Source of the DNA: a virus
Lineage: Duplodnaviria; Caudoviricetes
Virus record (IMG/VR): IMGVR_UViG_3300028833_000065
Reading direction: 5' to 3' (one strand)
Length of the DNA stretch: 64,000 nucleotides
Part shown: positions 27,819-39,925 of the stretch, piece after piece
How positions within the stretch are numbered: the first letter of the stretch is position 1
How the letters are laid out: every line of letters begins with the position of its first letter
Notes under the pieces: model-generated
What the model saw: the letters and a program-made list of their open reading frames with translations, nothing else
Databases searched by the model: none
What the model was told of the DNA's origin: nothing
Made by a program: the position numbers and the translations under genes

Positions 27819-29601
27819 ATTTCAATAGGAGACCCTAATGCGCGACGGCATCCCAATTGAAAAAGGCGTCATCCTCACTAAAGATTTTTTAGATAGTAAT
27901 CAAGAATTGTTTACTAAGTATCTTAATTTATGGATACTATATCCTGACCTTTGGCTAGACATGATATAGGACAGAACAGACGCTTAGCACTTTCACTTAA
28001 TGCCTTTTCAGCGCATAGAACTTCGCGCAGCAATGCGCTATCGTTATACGTTCTGGACGGCAACCCGTGCTACATCCAAGTCCTTTACGGCATACCTTGG
28101 CGCGATTGTTAAAGCGGTATTGTTGCCCGGCTCCACGATTATGATTGCTTCTGACGTAAAAGGCACGGTTATTAAAATTGCGGAAGCGAAATTCGCAGAA
28201 ATTTTTAGGCATTGGCCTCTCCTAGAAAAGGAATTGGCAACCCGCACGGAAGATGGCAAAACTGGCATCAAATCTAGCGGCAACTACTATGAAATTCGGC
28301 TAAAGAATAAATCCGTTATTACTGTTGTTTCTAAAGATACTTCCCGTGGTTTGCGCGCAACCTCCGCTATATTGGAAGAAGCGGCGCTTATTGAAGAAGT
28401 CGCATTTAACGAAGTCCTATGGCCGCAAATGAACATTGCGCGCCGTGAAGTTGATGGCACCCTTAATCCAGACGAACCATCTGCCTCACAGATTTTCATT
28501 ACTACTGCCGCCGAACGCACTGTATTCATGTATTAGAAATTGATAGAGATAACCGTGAATGCGGTATTGCGCCCGAAGGAGTATTTCTCTTGGGGCTTGT
28601 CCTATGAAGTCCCCCTACATTATGGGCTTCTAGATAAAGCAACCTTAATGGACCAGCGCTATTCTAATACTGTAAGTGAAGAATCGTTTGCGCGAGAATC
28701 TTTATCTATCTGGAGTGGTAATAGCTCCGATGCTTGGCTTGACTCACGTCGCCTAAATAAGCATCGTTCATTACTTAAATGCGAACGCCATGCTTACTAT
28801 AGCGACACATGCCCAGATGCCTGGTATGAGATTGGCGTTGACGTTGGTCGCTATAGTGCGAATACTGCCATTATGGTTATTAAAGTCTATCCAAATGATT
28901 AGCGCTATAAAAAAAGCGTAGTTTATACCGAAGTTATTAATGGCGCCAACTACATTACAGATTAGGCACCTCGTATTAAAAAATTAATTTAGCTTTACAA
29001 ACCGCGCGAGGTCGTAATTGACGGCAACGGCCCTGGCATTGGTTTAATGGACGCAATGGCGGTTCCATCTTACGATAAAAATACCGGCGAATAGTATCCC
29101 GCCTATTATACCTTCAATAATGAGAATCATTTGCCGCCAGAGCTTAAAATAGAATAGGAGGAACCTATTCCGGCCTACAACGCTATTCTCTATGATATTA
29201 AGGCCGGTGCCTCAAATGAAGATGCTATTCATGCGGCATTCCTTACTGCCATAAATACCGGCTCAGTATCATTTTTGGCGCATGAGCGCATTGTAAAGGA
29301 TAAACTAATGAAAACCAAGAAAGGACAAAAAATGTCTGCCTATGATAGGCGCGTTTTCTTACTACCATATGAAATGACTTCTCGCCTTATGGATGAACTT
29401 AATAATCTGCGGCTGAAGCCCACAGGAGTAGAAAATAAATATAAAGTAGAACGAATTTCACGCTCTATTGAAAAAGACCGTTTTAGCGCATTGGAATATT
29501 CTTTATACCGAATTAAATACTATGAAGATAAAGAAATTTTTAAAAAACGGAAGAAAAAGTTAAAACAGTATGCTTTCTTCAGTCCTAAAAATAGGGGGTG
29601 A
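27811..29601 (+). CDS. terL: Terminase large subunit (596 aa, TAG=Gln)
   Basis: LMPFQ, Walker A-like TRATSKS, Walker B AILEEAA, coupling motif FITTA, nuclease IGVDVG and KDRFSA. Confidence 0.9.
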
Positions 29602-29606
29602 GGTTT

Positions 29607-31139
29607 ATGAAAAATTTCAAGCCATATATTCAATTTGCTAAAAACAATCGGGCATTTAAAGTACCAATTGATGGTAGTAGAGTTGGTCGCTACAATTCTT
29701 CTATGAGGAGCAATCCCGTTGGTTGGCATGATTTTACGATTGAGGAAATTGAAGATATTATTAGGTCTGGCGATTTAGACACTTTACGATAGCTATCTCG
29801 CTACTACTATCGTACAAATAGTGAATATCGCGAAAATATTGATTACTTAGCCACCTTGCCTTTTTATGATACAATTGTCACCCCTATCTTTGAAGAAGGA
29901 AAAGGTTCAAAGGCTTAGATTATTAAAGCATTCTATAGTGCTTGCGATTTTGTTGATAAGCTTGACCCAAAGAATACATTTACGCGTATCACAAAATCTT
30001 GGTTAATCAATGGTATGTATAATGGAATTTTGCGCCAAGTTGGCGACAAAGTTTCCATTCAGGACCTTCCGCTGGAGTATTGCCGCACTAGATTCAAGGA
30101 TTTTAATAATTTGAATATTCTTGAATTTAACGTAACCTATTTCGAGCGTCTTTTCCATGATGATAAAGAACGGGCACAAATTGTTGCTTCGTTCCCAGAA
30201 CCCATTCAAAAGCATTGGAGGCTCTGGAAAGAGAAAAAGACTGCCGACCCCTGGGTTATGCTTTCATCCGCCGACGGCGGCATTAACTTCTGTTTTTCGG
30301 ACGATCAAACGCCATTGTTAATCGCGGCAATTCCACGATTACGAAATCTTAAAGACGCCGTTGGGCGCGAAGAAAAGCGCGATGAAAATGAATTACACAA
30401 ATTACTAATTCAACGCATGCCTATCGATAATCAAGGTGAATTAGTATTTGAACTACCTGAAGTAGAAGATATTCATTAGGGCGTTGCGGCAATGCTTTAG
30501 GATTTAGATACGGTTGATGTTTTAACCACTTTCGGTGAAACATCTCTTGAAAATCTCTAGGATTCCTCCGCAGCATCTCAATCTGCGGACCGTATTGAAA
30601 AGTATTCAAAGAATGCTTGGAATGCTCTTGGTAGAGGCTCAATTCTTTTTAATGCTGAAAATAGCTCCACGCTGGCTTATAGCATTAAGAAAGATGAAAG
30701 CTTAATGAAAAGCTACTTGAACATGTATAGTACTTGGATAAAGTACGAAATCAATTCAAGGTTTTCGCGCACTGGATTATCATTTGATTTTGAGATTTTA
30801 CCAACTACTATGTTCAATATAAAAGACTACCAGAGTATGTATTTCTAGGGTGCCCAATTTGGTTATTCCAAAATGCGCGCGGGCGTAGCTAGCGGCATAA
30901 AGCAACTAGCACAGTTAAGCTTAATGAACTTTGAAAATGATTTCCTCAAGATGTCAGAAAAGATGATTCCTTTAATGTCATCTTATACTACTTCTGCCAA
31001 CGGAGATTCCAAGAGCGGAAGCAGCAGTGGAGGAAGTAAAACGACATCGGTAACTGTTGGAAATTAGGGTGGTCGTCCAGAGTTGCCCGATGAAGAAAAA
31101 TCTGAGAAGACTCAGGCCAATATAGCGGCCATGGGTTAA
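29607..31139 (+). CDS. Portal protein (510 aa, TAG=Gln)
   Basis: Position after TerL, size, C-terminal GGRP motif; all fragments in one frame. Confidence 0.8.
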
Positions 31140-31150
31140 GGAGAATATGT

Positions 31151-32410
31151 ATGAATAAGCAAATACCTATTTACTTTGATAGCGTAGTTATTGCTTCTCC
31201 TACAATGCCTATCTCTAGCGACAATCCAGAATTGGGCCGTTTAAAGGTTGGGGTTTTCACCAAGTATGGGAACCGGAACGGTTCCTACATTACGGATGAA
31301 ATCGCAGAACAATTGATTGCCAGTGCTACTAGGGGTGATACTCCTGTAGTTGGATTCTTTGACCCGGAATCCAAAAGCTGGGCAGGACATACTGGCCCAC
31401 TACTAGCTAGCGCATATGGCTATGTAGAATCATTTGAAGGGTGGCAACCTTTTACAGACACAGATGGAATTGAGCGCGATTACGCTGTATTTTCTGTTGT
31501 ATTGTTTAATAAATATTTTGATGAAGCAAAATTGGTTGTGGGTCAGCACCAATCAATGGAATTGAATAGGGATACTATTCAAGGTGATTGGGCAGAAATA
31601 GACAACCAAGAATATTTTGTATATACAAATGCCGCAATAATGGGGCTATGTATTATAGGAGAACATGAGCCATGTTTCTCTGTATCTACCTTCTTTGCTA
31701 AGGAAGATAATAATTACGCTTCACAATATGAAAAGTTCTCTTCACTTTTATCCGGCTTAAAGGAACAAGTTGAAGAGGCGGAAAATAAACAAAAGGGAGG
31801 AGAACAACCTATGGAAGATTTTGAAAATAACGTAGGCACTCCCGCGGAAGAGCCTGTAACTGAACCAGTTATAGAAGAACCGGCAGCAGAACCTGCTGTT
31901 GAGGAACCGGCACCCGCCGTTGAACCCGAAGCAGAACCTGCCGCTGAACCTGCGGCTGAGCCAGTTGATTTTGAAGCTCTCCAAAATTCTATTACGGAAT
32001 TAACTAACCAGAATGCTGAGCTAACTACTAATTATGAAAATGCTCAGAATCGGATCGCTGAGTTGGAGCAGGCACTTGCCGATGCTACTGCCGCGACTGA
32101 AACCGCAAATAATCGCATTACTGAATTAGAGAATTCTATTGCCCAGTATGAAGCTGAAAAAGCCGCAATAGAAGAAGAGAAGAAAAATCAGCTAATTAGA
32201 AAATATGAAAAACTCATTGACGAAGAAGAAATTACTAAAATTCGCGGTGAAGTTTCTAACTTTTCTTATAGCGAACTAGAAAGCAAACTTGCTATTAGTT
32301 TTGCTAATAAACAAATGGCTGGCAGTGAAGAACATGCTGAGACTATTCCACTACCAGAACCTACTGTTAATCAATTTGCGCTTCTAATTGAGAAGTATCG
32401 CAAAAACTAA
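31151..32410 (+). CDS. Prohead protease / scaffold
   Basis: NRNGS and QSMEL protease-like N-domain, P/E-rich linker, coiled-coil C-terminus; no TAG. Confidence 0.75.
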   Translation: MNKQIPIYFDSVVIASPTMPISSDNPELGRLKVGVFTKYGNRNGSYITDEIAEQLIASATRGDTPVVGFFDPESKSWAGHTGPLLASAYGYVESFEGWQPFTDTDGIERDYAVFSVVLFNKYFDEAKLVVGQHQSMELNRDTIQGDWAEIDNQEYFVYTNAAIMGLCIIGEHEPCFSVSTFFAKEDNNYASQYEKFSSLLSGLKEQVEEAENKQKGGEQPMEDFENNVGTPAEEPVTEPVIEEPAAEPAVEEPAPAVEPEAEPAAEPAAEPVDFEALQNSITELTNQNAELTTNYENAQNRIAELEQALADATAATETANNRITELENSIAQYEAEKAAIEEEKKNQLIRKYEKLIDEEEITKIRGEVSNFSYSELESKLAISFANKQMAGSEEHAETIPLPEPTVNQFALLIEKYRKN

Positions 32411-32424
32411 GGGAGGAAAAAATT

Positions 32425-33036
32425 ATGGGTAATATGAAAAGATTTCCTATCACCAATCCCGTTGGGGATATGGTTGATAAGTATCGCGACCCTGATGAAA
32501 AGCTATATGCCAGCCTTGAGCTAAATCAAGTAGCTTTCCCTAAGACTGGTATGGTAGTATCTCAGGTTCCGCTCGGAACTGCTTTTACAAAAGCTAATCC
32601 TTGTGAGAATGGTATGTGGCTAGTTGGCGACAAGAGCGCTGGTGCTCTAAATGCTCCTGCTGCTGCTACCGATTCTCCTATTGGTATTGTATATACCGCA
32701 GAAAAAGAATATGATATGATGCACTATGGTCTACAGCGCTTTGGCCGCAAGGTTGCTGGCGATTATCCTCGTCTTGGCCTATTTGGTCTTGGCGACACCG
32801 TAACCACAAACTGCCTACAGTATGATGACGCTGAGTTCCCTACCGAAAAAGATCTATGGGATGCTCTAGATGATATCGCTACCACACCTCTTTATGTCGG
32901 CATTGTAGCTGGTTCTCCGGTTCCACAGCTAACCGCAACCAAGCCTGTTGCTGGCGTTTATGCCAAAGTTGTAAAATTCTACACTATACCTAACGGCGGA
33001 AAGGGCGTTAAGTATCAGATTGTAAGTCTAGGTTAA
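32425..33036 (+). CDS. Head decoration / capsid-associated protein
   Basis: Between scaffold and MCP; ENGM motif. Confidence 0.6.
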   Translation: MGNMKRFPITNPVGDMVDKYRDPDEKLYASLELNQVAFPKTGMVVSQVPLGTAFTKANPCENGMWLVGDKSAGALNAPAAATDSPIGIVYTAEKEYDMMHYGLQRFGRKVAGDYPRLGLFGLGDTVTTNCLQYDDAEFPTEKDLWDALDDIATTPLYVGIVAGSPVPQLTATKPVAGVYAKVVKFYTIPNGGKGVKYQIVSLG

Positions 33037-33053
33037 TAAGGAGGTGCGAACGT

Positions 33054-34163
33054 ATGAATAATCTACAGATTTTGATGAATGGCGTGTTCGGACGTAAAGT
33101 TCCTGCTGAGTTCGCAGCCGCCGATTATGATTATGAAGCTGCTCTACGTGATGAGCTTGCTAAGCTAATGACTAAGGACGGCAGACATTTTGATCGTCAC
33201 GTCTTTAATCGCAACAAGGAAGATATTTTTGAACTACTAGAACAGAATCTAGAGGAAGTACTACCTCAGAGTGTACAGTCCGCTCTCGATATGTTCGTTG
33301 AGACTCTACATTTCGCACAGGGCACTCGTCCTGAGTTCCGTGTAACTCGTGGTAAGCAGAGGGGTAAGCAGTTCGTTACTCGCGCTACCGAGTCCGGTAA
33401 CTATGAAACCTTCCGTCTCGACCGCGATCGTTTTGATGTTTACATTCAGGCCATTGGTGGCGCTGGATATGTAGACTTCGAGCGTTATCTTGACGGTCTA
33501 GAGTCCATGACCGATATTTATGAAGTCATTCAGGAAGGTATTGTTGACCGTCTATTTGAGATGGTTCAGGAAGTATTACTTGCTTCTTGGAATGCTGCCG
33601 GTCGTCCTGCTCGCAACAAGGTTGCTGCTAATGCCTTCAATCCTGCTGCTATGAAGAAACTTTGCAATACGGTTGCTGCTTATGGTTCTCCAATTATTTA
33701 CTGCACTCCAGAATTTGCCGCTGAAATGGTAAATGCAATTGTTTATACTGCTAATAATACCACTTCTATTAAGGTATCTGATCAGGATATGGTTGATATC
33801 CGTGAGCGCGGCTATGTTGGTAAGTTCCAGGGCGTTCCTGTTGTTATTATGCCTCAGTCTTTCGTAGATGAGCAGAATGCTAAGACCGTTATGAATCCTT
33901 CCTTTGCTTATGTATTACCTGCTGGCAAAGAAAAGCTCATTAAGATGGCTTTTGAAGGCTCTCCATATTTCCGTGAATGGGACGATCATGAAGGCGACAA
34001 TTCTTTCACCCTACAGGGTTATGTAAAGGTTGGCGTTGGCATGTTCACCACTCCTAACTATTGGGGAATTTATTACAATAGCGCTCTAGACGCTGATAGC
34101 GGCTGGGCCGAATACAATCAGGGCTTGATTCCAAAGCTTGACGATGGCTCTACTAATGCCTAA
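33054..34163 (+). CDS. Major capsid protein
   Basis: 369 aa, expected position, strongly biased codons, terminator after. Confidence 0.8.
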   Translation: MNNLQILMNGVFGRKVPAEFAAADYDYEAALRDELAKLMTKDGRHFDRHVFNRNKEDIFELLEQNLEEVLPQSVQSALDMFVETLHFAQGTRPEFRVTRGKQRGKQFVTRATESGNYETFRLDRDRFDVYIQAIGGAGYVDFERYLDGLESMTDIYEVIQEGIVDRLFEMVQEVLLASWNAAGRPARNKVAANAFNPAAMKKLCNTVAAYGSPIIYCTPEFAAEMVNAIVYTANNTTSIKVSDQDMVDIRERGYVGKFQGVPVVIMPQSFVDEQNAKTVMNPSFAYVLPAGKEKLIKMAFEGSPYFREWDDHEGDNSFTLQGYVKVGVGMFTTPNYWGIYYNSALDADSGWAEYNQGLIPKLDDGSTNA

Positions 34164-34172
34164 TTAATATAA

Positions 34173-34202
34173 GGGGCGGGTTAACGCCCGCCCCACTTTT
34201 GT
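34173..34202 (+). terminator. Intrinsic terminator after MCP
   Basis: GGGGCGGG-TTAACG-CCCGCCCC plus T tract. Confidence 0.8.
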
Positions 34203-34235
34203 TATTTAACAAGGAGATAAAAGGAGGAAAATTTT

Positions 34236-34679
34236 ATGGCTATTACTATTAAAAATGTGAGTTCTTCTATGGTATCATTGTATGTACCGTCTATTCGGTT
34301 TAATCGCGAATTAACACCTGGACGTGTAATTTCTTTATCCAAAGATGAATATGATGAATTGATGTATGACCCGGGCGTTGTTGCGCTAATTAACGGTCAT
34401 TATTTGAAGGTTGAGGGTGTAAAGGAAGAAGAAAAGACAGTAGTAGACACATCTCCAGTATTTGATGTTTCTATGATTAGTGCTATGTTTGATAAGAATG
34501 ATATAACCGCATTTGCTAAATTTATTCCTAATGCTACAGTAGCCGAAAAGGAAAGTGTAATTAGATTGGCGGTTGATAAGGGAATTACTAGCCCTGCTTT
34601 TGTAGCCCTCATTAAGAAATACTGTGATGTTGACATTATTAATGCTATTAATATGAAGCATCAAGCAGAAGAGAAGTGA
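34236..34679 (+). CDS. Hypothetical virion-module protein
   Basis: Intact ORF; RBS AAAGGAGG. Confidence 0.7.
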   Translation: MAITIKNVSSSMVSLYVPSIRFNRELTPGRVISLSKDEYDELMYDPGVVALINGHYLKVEGVKEEEKTVVDTSPVFDVSMISAMFDKNDITAFAKFIPNATVAEKESVIRLAVDKGITSPAFVALIKKYCDVDIINAINMKHQAEEK

Positions 34680-34684
34680 TTTAA

Positions 34685-35158
34685 ATGGCAACCCCTTTCT
34701 TAAAAGTTTATGACGCCTTTTTGGCGCGAATAACTGCTGATGAATGGATGTTAGAGGAAGAACTCGCAATCGTTGAACGCGATTGGCAGGAACTTCTAAA
34801 AATTTCCATAGAACGTTTTAAATATCCACGAGTCAAGTTAGACATAGAAGAGGTTGGCGGCACTGAAGTTTTACCAGTAATGCAGTTTAAAGAAACATTA
34901 ACTAATGCTGAAATTTAGATGTTGGCTTTATATATGAAGCATGAATGGGTAAAACGCTGTATTGCCAGTTGGGAAAATATTCGTTAGCTATACGTTGATA
35001 GTGATTATTCTCAAGCAAACCACCTAGATAAATTAATTAAACTTGAAGCCTCAGTCGCGCTTGAGGTTCATAAAGCAGAGGGACGATATGATAGATCGCG
35101 TAACCACAGTCCTGCCATCACCTTCAAGCGATTGGCAGGAAAGCGAAATCGCGGATGA
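34685..35158 (+). CDS. Head-tail adaptor-like protein (157 aa, TAG=Gln)
   Basis: MATPFLKVYDAFL...DYSQANHLDKL; position in the neck module. Confidence 0.6.
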
Positions 35159-35420
35159 AACTTTTAGTAGCTATAAAAGCAAACTAAAAGGTAGATTATA
35201 TGGATTACTCTGTGAGCGCGAAAAAGGTGGAGAATGGGAAAAGTTTTTGGATTCTATTATTATAGAATTAATAGGACTTGGCGCGAATGCGATTAATTGG
35301 TGGCCTTTAATTGGAAAACTTTCTATGCTTAGATTTTTGTCTTATGAATATTTCAGAAAGACAATATTTGAGTGTATGAATTTAGTAGGAAGATTGGAGC
35401 AACCAGATGAATTATCTTGA
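35088..35420 (+). CDS. Hypothetical protein (start uncertain)
   Basis: KLKGRLYGLLCEREK...FRKTIFECMNL open frame. Confidence 0.55.
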   Translation: MIDRVTTVLPSPSSDWQESEIADETFSSYKSKLKGRLYGLLCEREKGGEWEKFLDSIIIELIGLGANAINWWPLIGKLSMLRFLSYEYFRKTIFECMNLVGRLEQPDELS

Positions 35421-36654
35421 GGCTTATTTCTCGCGTCTGTACCATTATGGGAAAAACACAGGAGAACGTATTACTAATGGTGGTATTCGAACATTCCAAA
35501 GATGGAAAGCAGAATCGCCGCATACAGTCCCGGCTCTCTCTGTAGAACGTGGATTATATTTTGATGGCATTATTTTACAAAGTAAGGATAAGGCTTATTA
35601 GAAGATTATGCATTTAAATGTTTCCAATGATATTCCAATTTAGGTTGGAGATATTATGAATTGGTAGCTGGCGGATGGCACGCTGGAAAAGTGGTTATTA
35701 CTGTCAGAGGAAAGAAAAACTAATGGCACTTATCGTACTTTTGATATAATTAAATGTAATTATTTAGTTAAATGGGTTAATGATAAAGGGTATTTGCGGC
35801 AATCTTGGGCCTATGTTTTAAGCTCTACCGATGAAAAGGTTAAGGGCAATTTTAGAACTTGGCATAACTTAATTACGCCGCAACCTAATAAATATGCGGA
35901 AATTATAATGCCGCGGCCCATTGACGAGAATTCATAGGTAAAAGATACAGTAGACCGCGGTACTAACTTTATTATTGAAGATGAAAGTTGGAAAATGGTT
36001 GAAGCAGATTTTACTAGTGTAAGGGGCATTATTTATATGTCTCTTACTGAAAATAAAGTTAATTTTTAGTATGATGATTTGAATGTAGATATAGCTGATA
36101 CTGATAAGCTGTTATTTCCTACGTTAGAGCCAGTATATGTGGTTGGAGAAGAAATTGTTCCTAACTTTACAGAGCAGACTTTAAATGAATGGGAAATAGT
36201 ATTAATTCCACCAGAAAACTGCGAATGTATTAGTATTGATGAGTCTACAGGGCATCTTCGCGCAATAGCGCCAGGGAATGCTCTAATTAAGATGCGTTTA
36301 AAGAATTATGATGCCAAAGAGCCACGTAGGGCAGTAACCAAAGAATTTTCAATTACAATCAATGCAAGTGCGGAAGATAGACCAATTTATATTTATGGTC
36401 CTGATAAGGTGCGACTTGATCGTTATGCTACATATGCTTTAGTAGAAGAAGGAAAAGAAGATTCTCCATTAACAGATGTAACAATGGAAATTGATGGTGT
36501 TTCTGAGTATGGAACATTAGAAGCGGACAAAGAAAAAAATTATTTATATGTTTTGCACGCTAATAATGAAAATAAGCTTGGCTCATTAATTTTAAAAACT
36601 ACTTATAATAATCAAGAATATACTAAAACAGTAGAGATTATTCCATTATGGTGA
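35407..36654 (+). CDS. Head-closure/neck protein with C-terminal Ig-like region (415 aa, TAG=Gln)
   Basis: Fragments at 35407 and 36079 are in the same frame; synteny. Confidence 0.6.
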
Positions 36655-36664
36655 GGTGAATTAA

Positions 36665-37171
36665 ATGGCAGAAATTGAATATGGTTAGCGTCGCTTTGCC
36701 GTAATGGGTACTAATACTTTTAAAATAGCAAATAAGTTAATGTCTAATTAGCGGCTATGCCGCTTATTAAAATATCAAGTGCGTGATCCTTTTAATAAAG
36801 AAAAGTATGCCGATGTAGATGGCGCGGATTTAATTAATAAATAGATATTGATAGTGCCTAAAATATTTGATGATAGTACTGAAAAAATGTCTTATGTAAC
36901 AGCACTATTTAGTAGCTTTGTAGTTAATTAGTTAAATCCAGAATTTAAAAGCTCAACAATTCGTTTTGATATTGCTTGTCCGTATGAAGAATGGTTATTA
37001 GATGAATAGTCTTTGCGCCCATATCTTATCATGCAGGAAATTGACCAAATGTTTAATGAAGCAAAAATGGCAGGCATAGGTACATTACAATTTGTTCGAG
37101 CGGATGCGCTAACCCTCAGTCCTTGGATTGGCGGTTATTCAATGGTGTATCAAATTAATGAATTTAACTGA
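36665..37171 (+). CDS. Tail terminator/completion-like protein (168 aa, TAG=Gln)
   Basis: Absent from the ORF track; LCRLLKY...LRPYLIMQEID...GIGTLQF. Confidence 0.6.
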
Positions 37172-37937
37172 TGATGAGATTTTAAAATTTTTAAAAGGGT
37201 CGCCTGTTTTTATTGACGATATTTGCGCTATTTTCCCGCCAACAGTAGGCGCTATTGTTGATGAGGGATATGATAATTTTTAGAAATATGTAAGTGTTTT
37301 AACAGCAACGAAACCTACAACATAGTATGATAAAGATAAGGAACTAAAAGAATTAATGGATAAGCTAAGTGATTTTTAGTATGTTTTATTAATGGCTAAT
37401 TTAGATCCTCAAATTCATACACTTTTGAAAAAAGGTTTTAGATTTTTTACGCACGAAGACGCATTATTTTCTTTAGAACCAGCACAAATTGTTATAGGTC
37501 CACTTGCTGAAAAACACATATTAACCGAAGGCAAATTCTATGATTTTTAGCATTTAATTCGTAGAATGTGCTTTTTAGAAACCGAAGAAGATGAGATAAT
37601 TATTTATGATGATGATCCAGAAATAACAAAGCGTCTCAAACGGTAGTAGCGTGACCGCAGAGAAAAACTTCGTAGAGCGAAGGCGAAGGAAGCTAAGAAG
37701 AATGGAACTGATTTAAAATTCTCAGACTTAATCGGTAGTATTACTCTAAACGATTGTGGTTTAAATATTACAAACGTTTGGAATGTTAGTTATTACGCTT
37801 TTCACGATCAACTTAAGCGGATGGGGTGGCGTGATTAGTTTAATATAAATCAGCGTGCCGCGCTAGCGGGCGCAAAAATTGAAAAGTCGCAACTCAAGCA
37901 TTGGATGCGTTCCATTGCTGATGGCGATAAGTCATAA
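37158..37937 (+). CDS. Tail-module protein (259 aa, TAG=Gln)
   Basis: Absent from the ORF track; open on TAG readthrough, ends KHWMRSIADGDKS. Confidence 0.6.
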
Positions 37938-37954
37938 TTTAGGAGGTAACTTTT

Positions 37955-38926
37955 ATGGCTAATAATGTTAATATTTTTGACAAGTATGGCATTAAGGAAG
38001 TTGCTAACGTATATTTTGAAGCTCTAGACGACGATCTAAAGACCGGCGTGTACAAGGGCGACATCGTTCTCTTCCTTGATACTCTAAAAGTTTCCACCAT
38101 TGAGACCACTGCCGAGAATGTCGCAGCCCAGGGTGGTTGGGGCAATCCTCGTCTAGTACAGTGGGACTATGGTAAGGAAATTAATATTACTCTTGAAGAT
38201 GCTTTGATGTCTCTTGAATCTCTTCGTTTCATGATGGGCGGCGCAATTCGTCGTACTTCTGACGAGGAAGGAAAAGCTAAGATTGTTGTTCATCATACCG
38301 AGGAAGTAACGGCTTATGGAGAAACAGATACAAGTAGCAATACTACTACTGTATATGTACCCGCCCCTAAAGATCATATTACTGGTACTCCTTTGTATCC
38401 AGCGGCAGTATCTGGTCATCCAATTAAGTTAATTAACTTAACTAAGGGATATCGTACGCAGATTACTACCGGGACCATGACTGCTAAGAATACAATTATT
38501 TTTAAGAATCCAAAGGCTGGTATTGAGCAAAATGGTGAGCAACCTGCTGATGGTGATAAGATTCGTATTTTCTGGGATGAAATCGTGGACGCTAATAGCA
38601 CCAATGAAGACGCTGTTGAAGTCACCATTTCTCCTGACACCTTCCCTGGCACCTATAAGGTTGTTGGTGATACTCTAATTCGTTCTGAAAAGACCGGCCG
38701 TGACGAGCCATTCCAGTTTATTATCAATAAAGCTAAGGTTCAGAGTAACGTTACAATTACTCTACAGGCTGAAGGCGATCCTTCTACATTTGAAATGACC
38801 CTAAACGTACTCCGTGATGGCGATGAAATGATGAAGCTTGTTCGTTATAACGTTACTGGTAATAGTGAAAGCGATGCTGGAAATGATACTGGTTCTCTAA
38901 CACCTGTTACTTCTGACGGAAACTAA
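37955..38926 (+). CDS. Major tail tube protein
   Basis: AQGGWGNPRLVQWD and AEGDPSTFEMTL motifs; TAG-free, biased codons, terminator after. Confidence 0.8.
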   Translation: MANNVNIFDKYGIKEVANVYFEALDDDLKTGVYKGDIVLFLDTLKVSTIETTAENVAAQGGWGNPRLVQWDYGKEINITLEDALMSLESLRFMMGGAIRRTSDEEGKAKIVVHHTEEVTAYGETDTSSNTTTVYVPAPKDHITGTPLYPAAVSGHPIKLINLTKGYRTQITTGTMTAKNTIIFKNPKAGIEQNGEQPADGDKIRIFWDEIVDANSTNEDAVEVTISPDTFPGTYKVVGDTLIRSEKTGRDEPFQFIINKAKVQSNVTITLQAEGDPSTFEMTLNVLRDGDEMMKLVRYNVTGNSESDAGNDTGSLTPVTSDGN

Positions 38927-38936
38927 TTTAAATAAT

Positions 38937-38973
38937 GCCCTAGAAGCTCCGCGCTTCTAGGGCTTTTCCTTTT
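38937..38973 (+). terminator. Intrinsic terminator
   Basis: GCCCTAGAAGC-TCCGC-GCTTCTAGGGC plus T tract. Confidence 0.75.
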
Positions 38974-38989
38974 AAGGTAGGTGATACCT

Positions 38990-39859
38990 TTGATAGAACA
39001 ATACTTTGGTATTAAAGAATTATATGAAGTTACTCTTCGTGCGAAAACTGCTATGTAGTTTGGCAATAGATATATTGAAGCTGACGAACCAGTTTTATAT
39101 TTCTAGAATATTGCCATGTCAATGCTTTCAGAACAAAGCAAAGAAGTTTATGCGCGTGGCGGTTGGCTAAATTAGCCTAAAGTAATATGGCAAGACCGTT
39201 CTGAAATTCGCTTTCAAATGTCCGAAGGCGTTGTATCGCAATTTGGTCTTGGAATACTTTTGGGCGCGAAAGTAGCATTGAAAGGCGTAGATAAGCCCAT
39301 TCTGATGCATAAGACTGAGGGGCCAATGGAAATAAATGATTAGCACTAGTTATTTTTAGAGCATTGGCCTGTAGAAAATAATAGAAAGAAAACGTTTATT
39401 TTTGATTATGCGCGAGATGCTGTTTAGCACAAAATTTATGGTAAGCGAATTGCTGGCAAATCTGATGGATTTGGCGGTGAAAGACCTTGCTTAGAATTAT
39501 ATGAAGATAAAGATTTGAAAACTCTCGCAGACACTGATAAAAAATATGTAGTAGATTACTACTATGATTATGGAAAAGAAGCTATTTCTTATACATTACA
39601 AAAGGAACGCTTCAATGGATTATTCACTTTGGAAGGGAAATTTTATTCCAAAGACGAGAATGAGGGCAAGAATTATACGAATATTTTGTATATGCCCAAG
39701 GTGAGGATTGTAAGCGATATTAACTTACGATTGGGAGAAAGGGCTGATCCAACGGTGTCCGCGTTTGATATAATAGGGTTGCCGGAGACTGTCGGTGACG
39801 ATAAAGATTTAATAGTTGAAATTTAGCATTTGAGTGAAGACTTGGATGCTGATATATAA
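38990..39859 (+). CDS. Second tail-tube-like protein (289 aa, TTG start, TAG=Gln)
   Basis: FGIKELYEV...ARGGWLN(Q)PKVIW...ADPTVSAF parallels the major tail protein. Confidence 0.65.
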
Positions 39860-39925
39860 AAGCCACTTTCTTTAGGGAAAGTGGCTCTTTTTTTATTTTA
39901 AGGGATAAAAGGAGAGTGAAATGGA

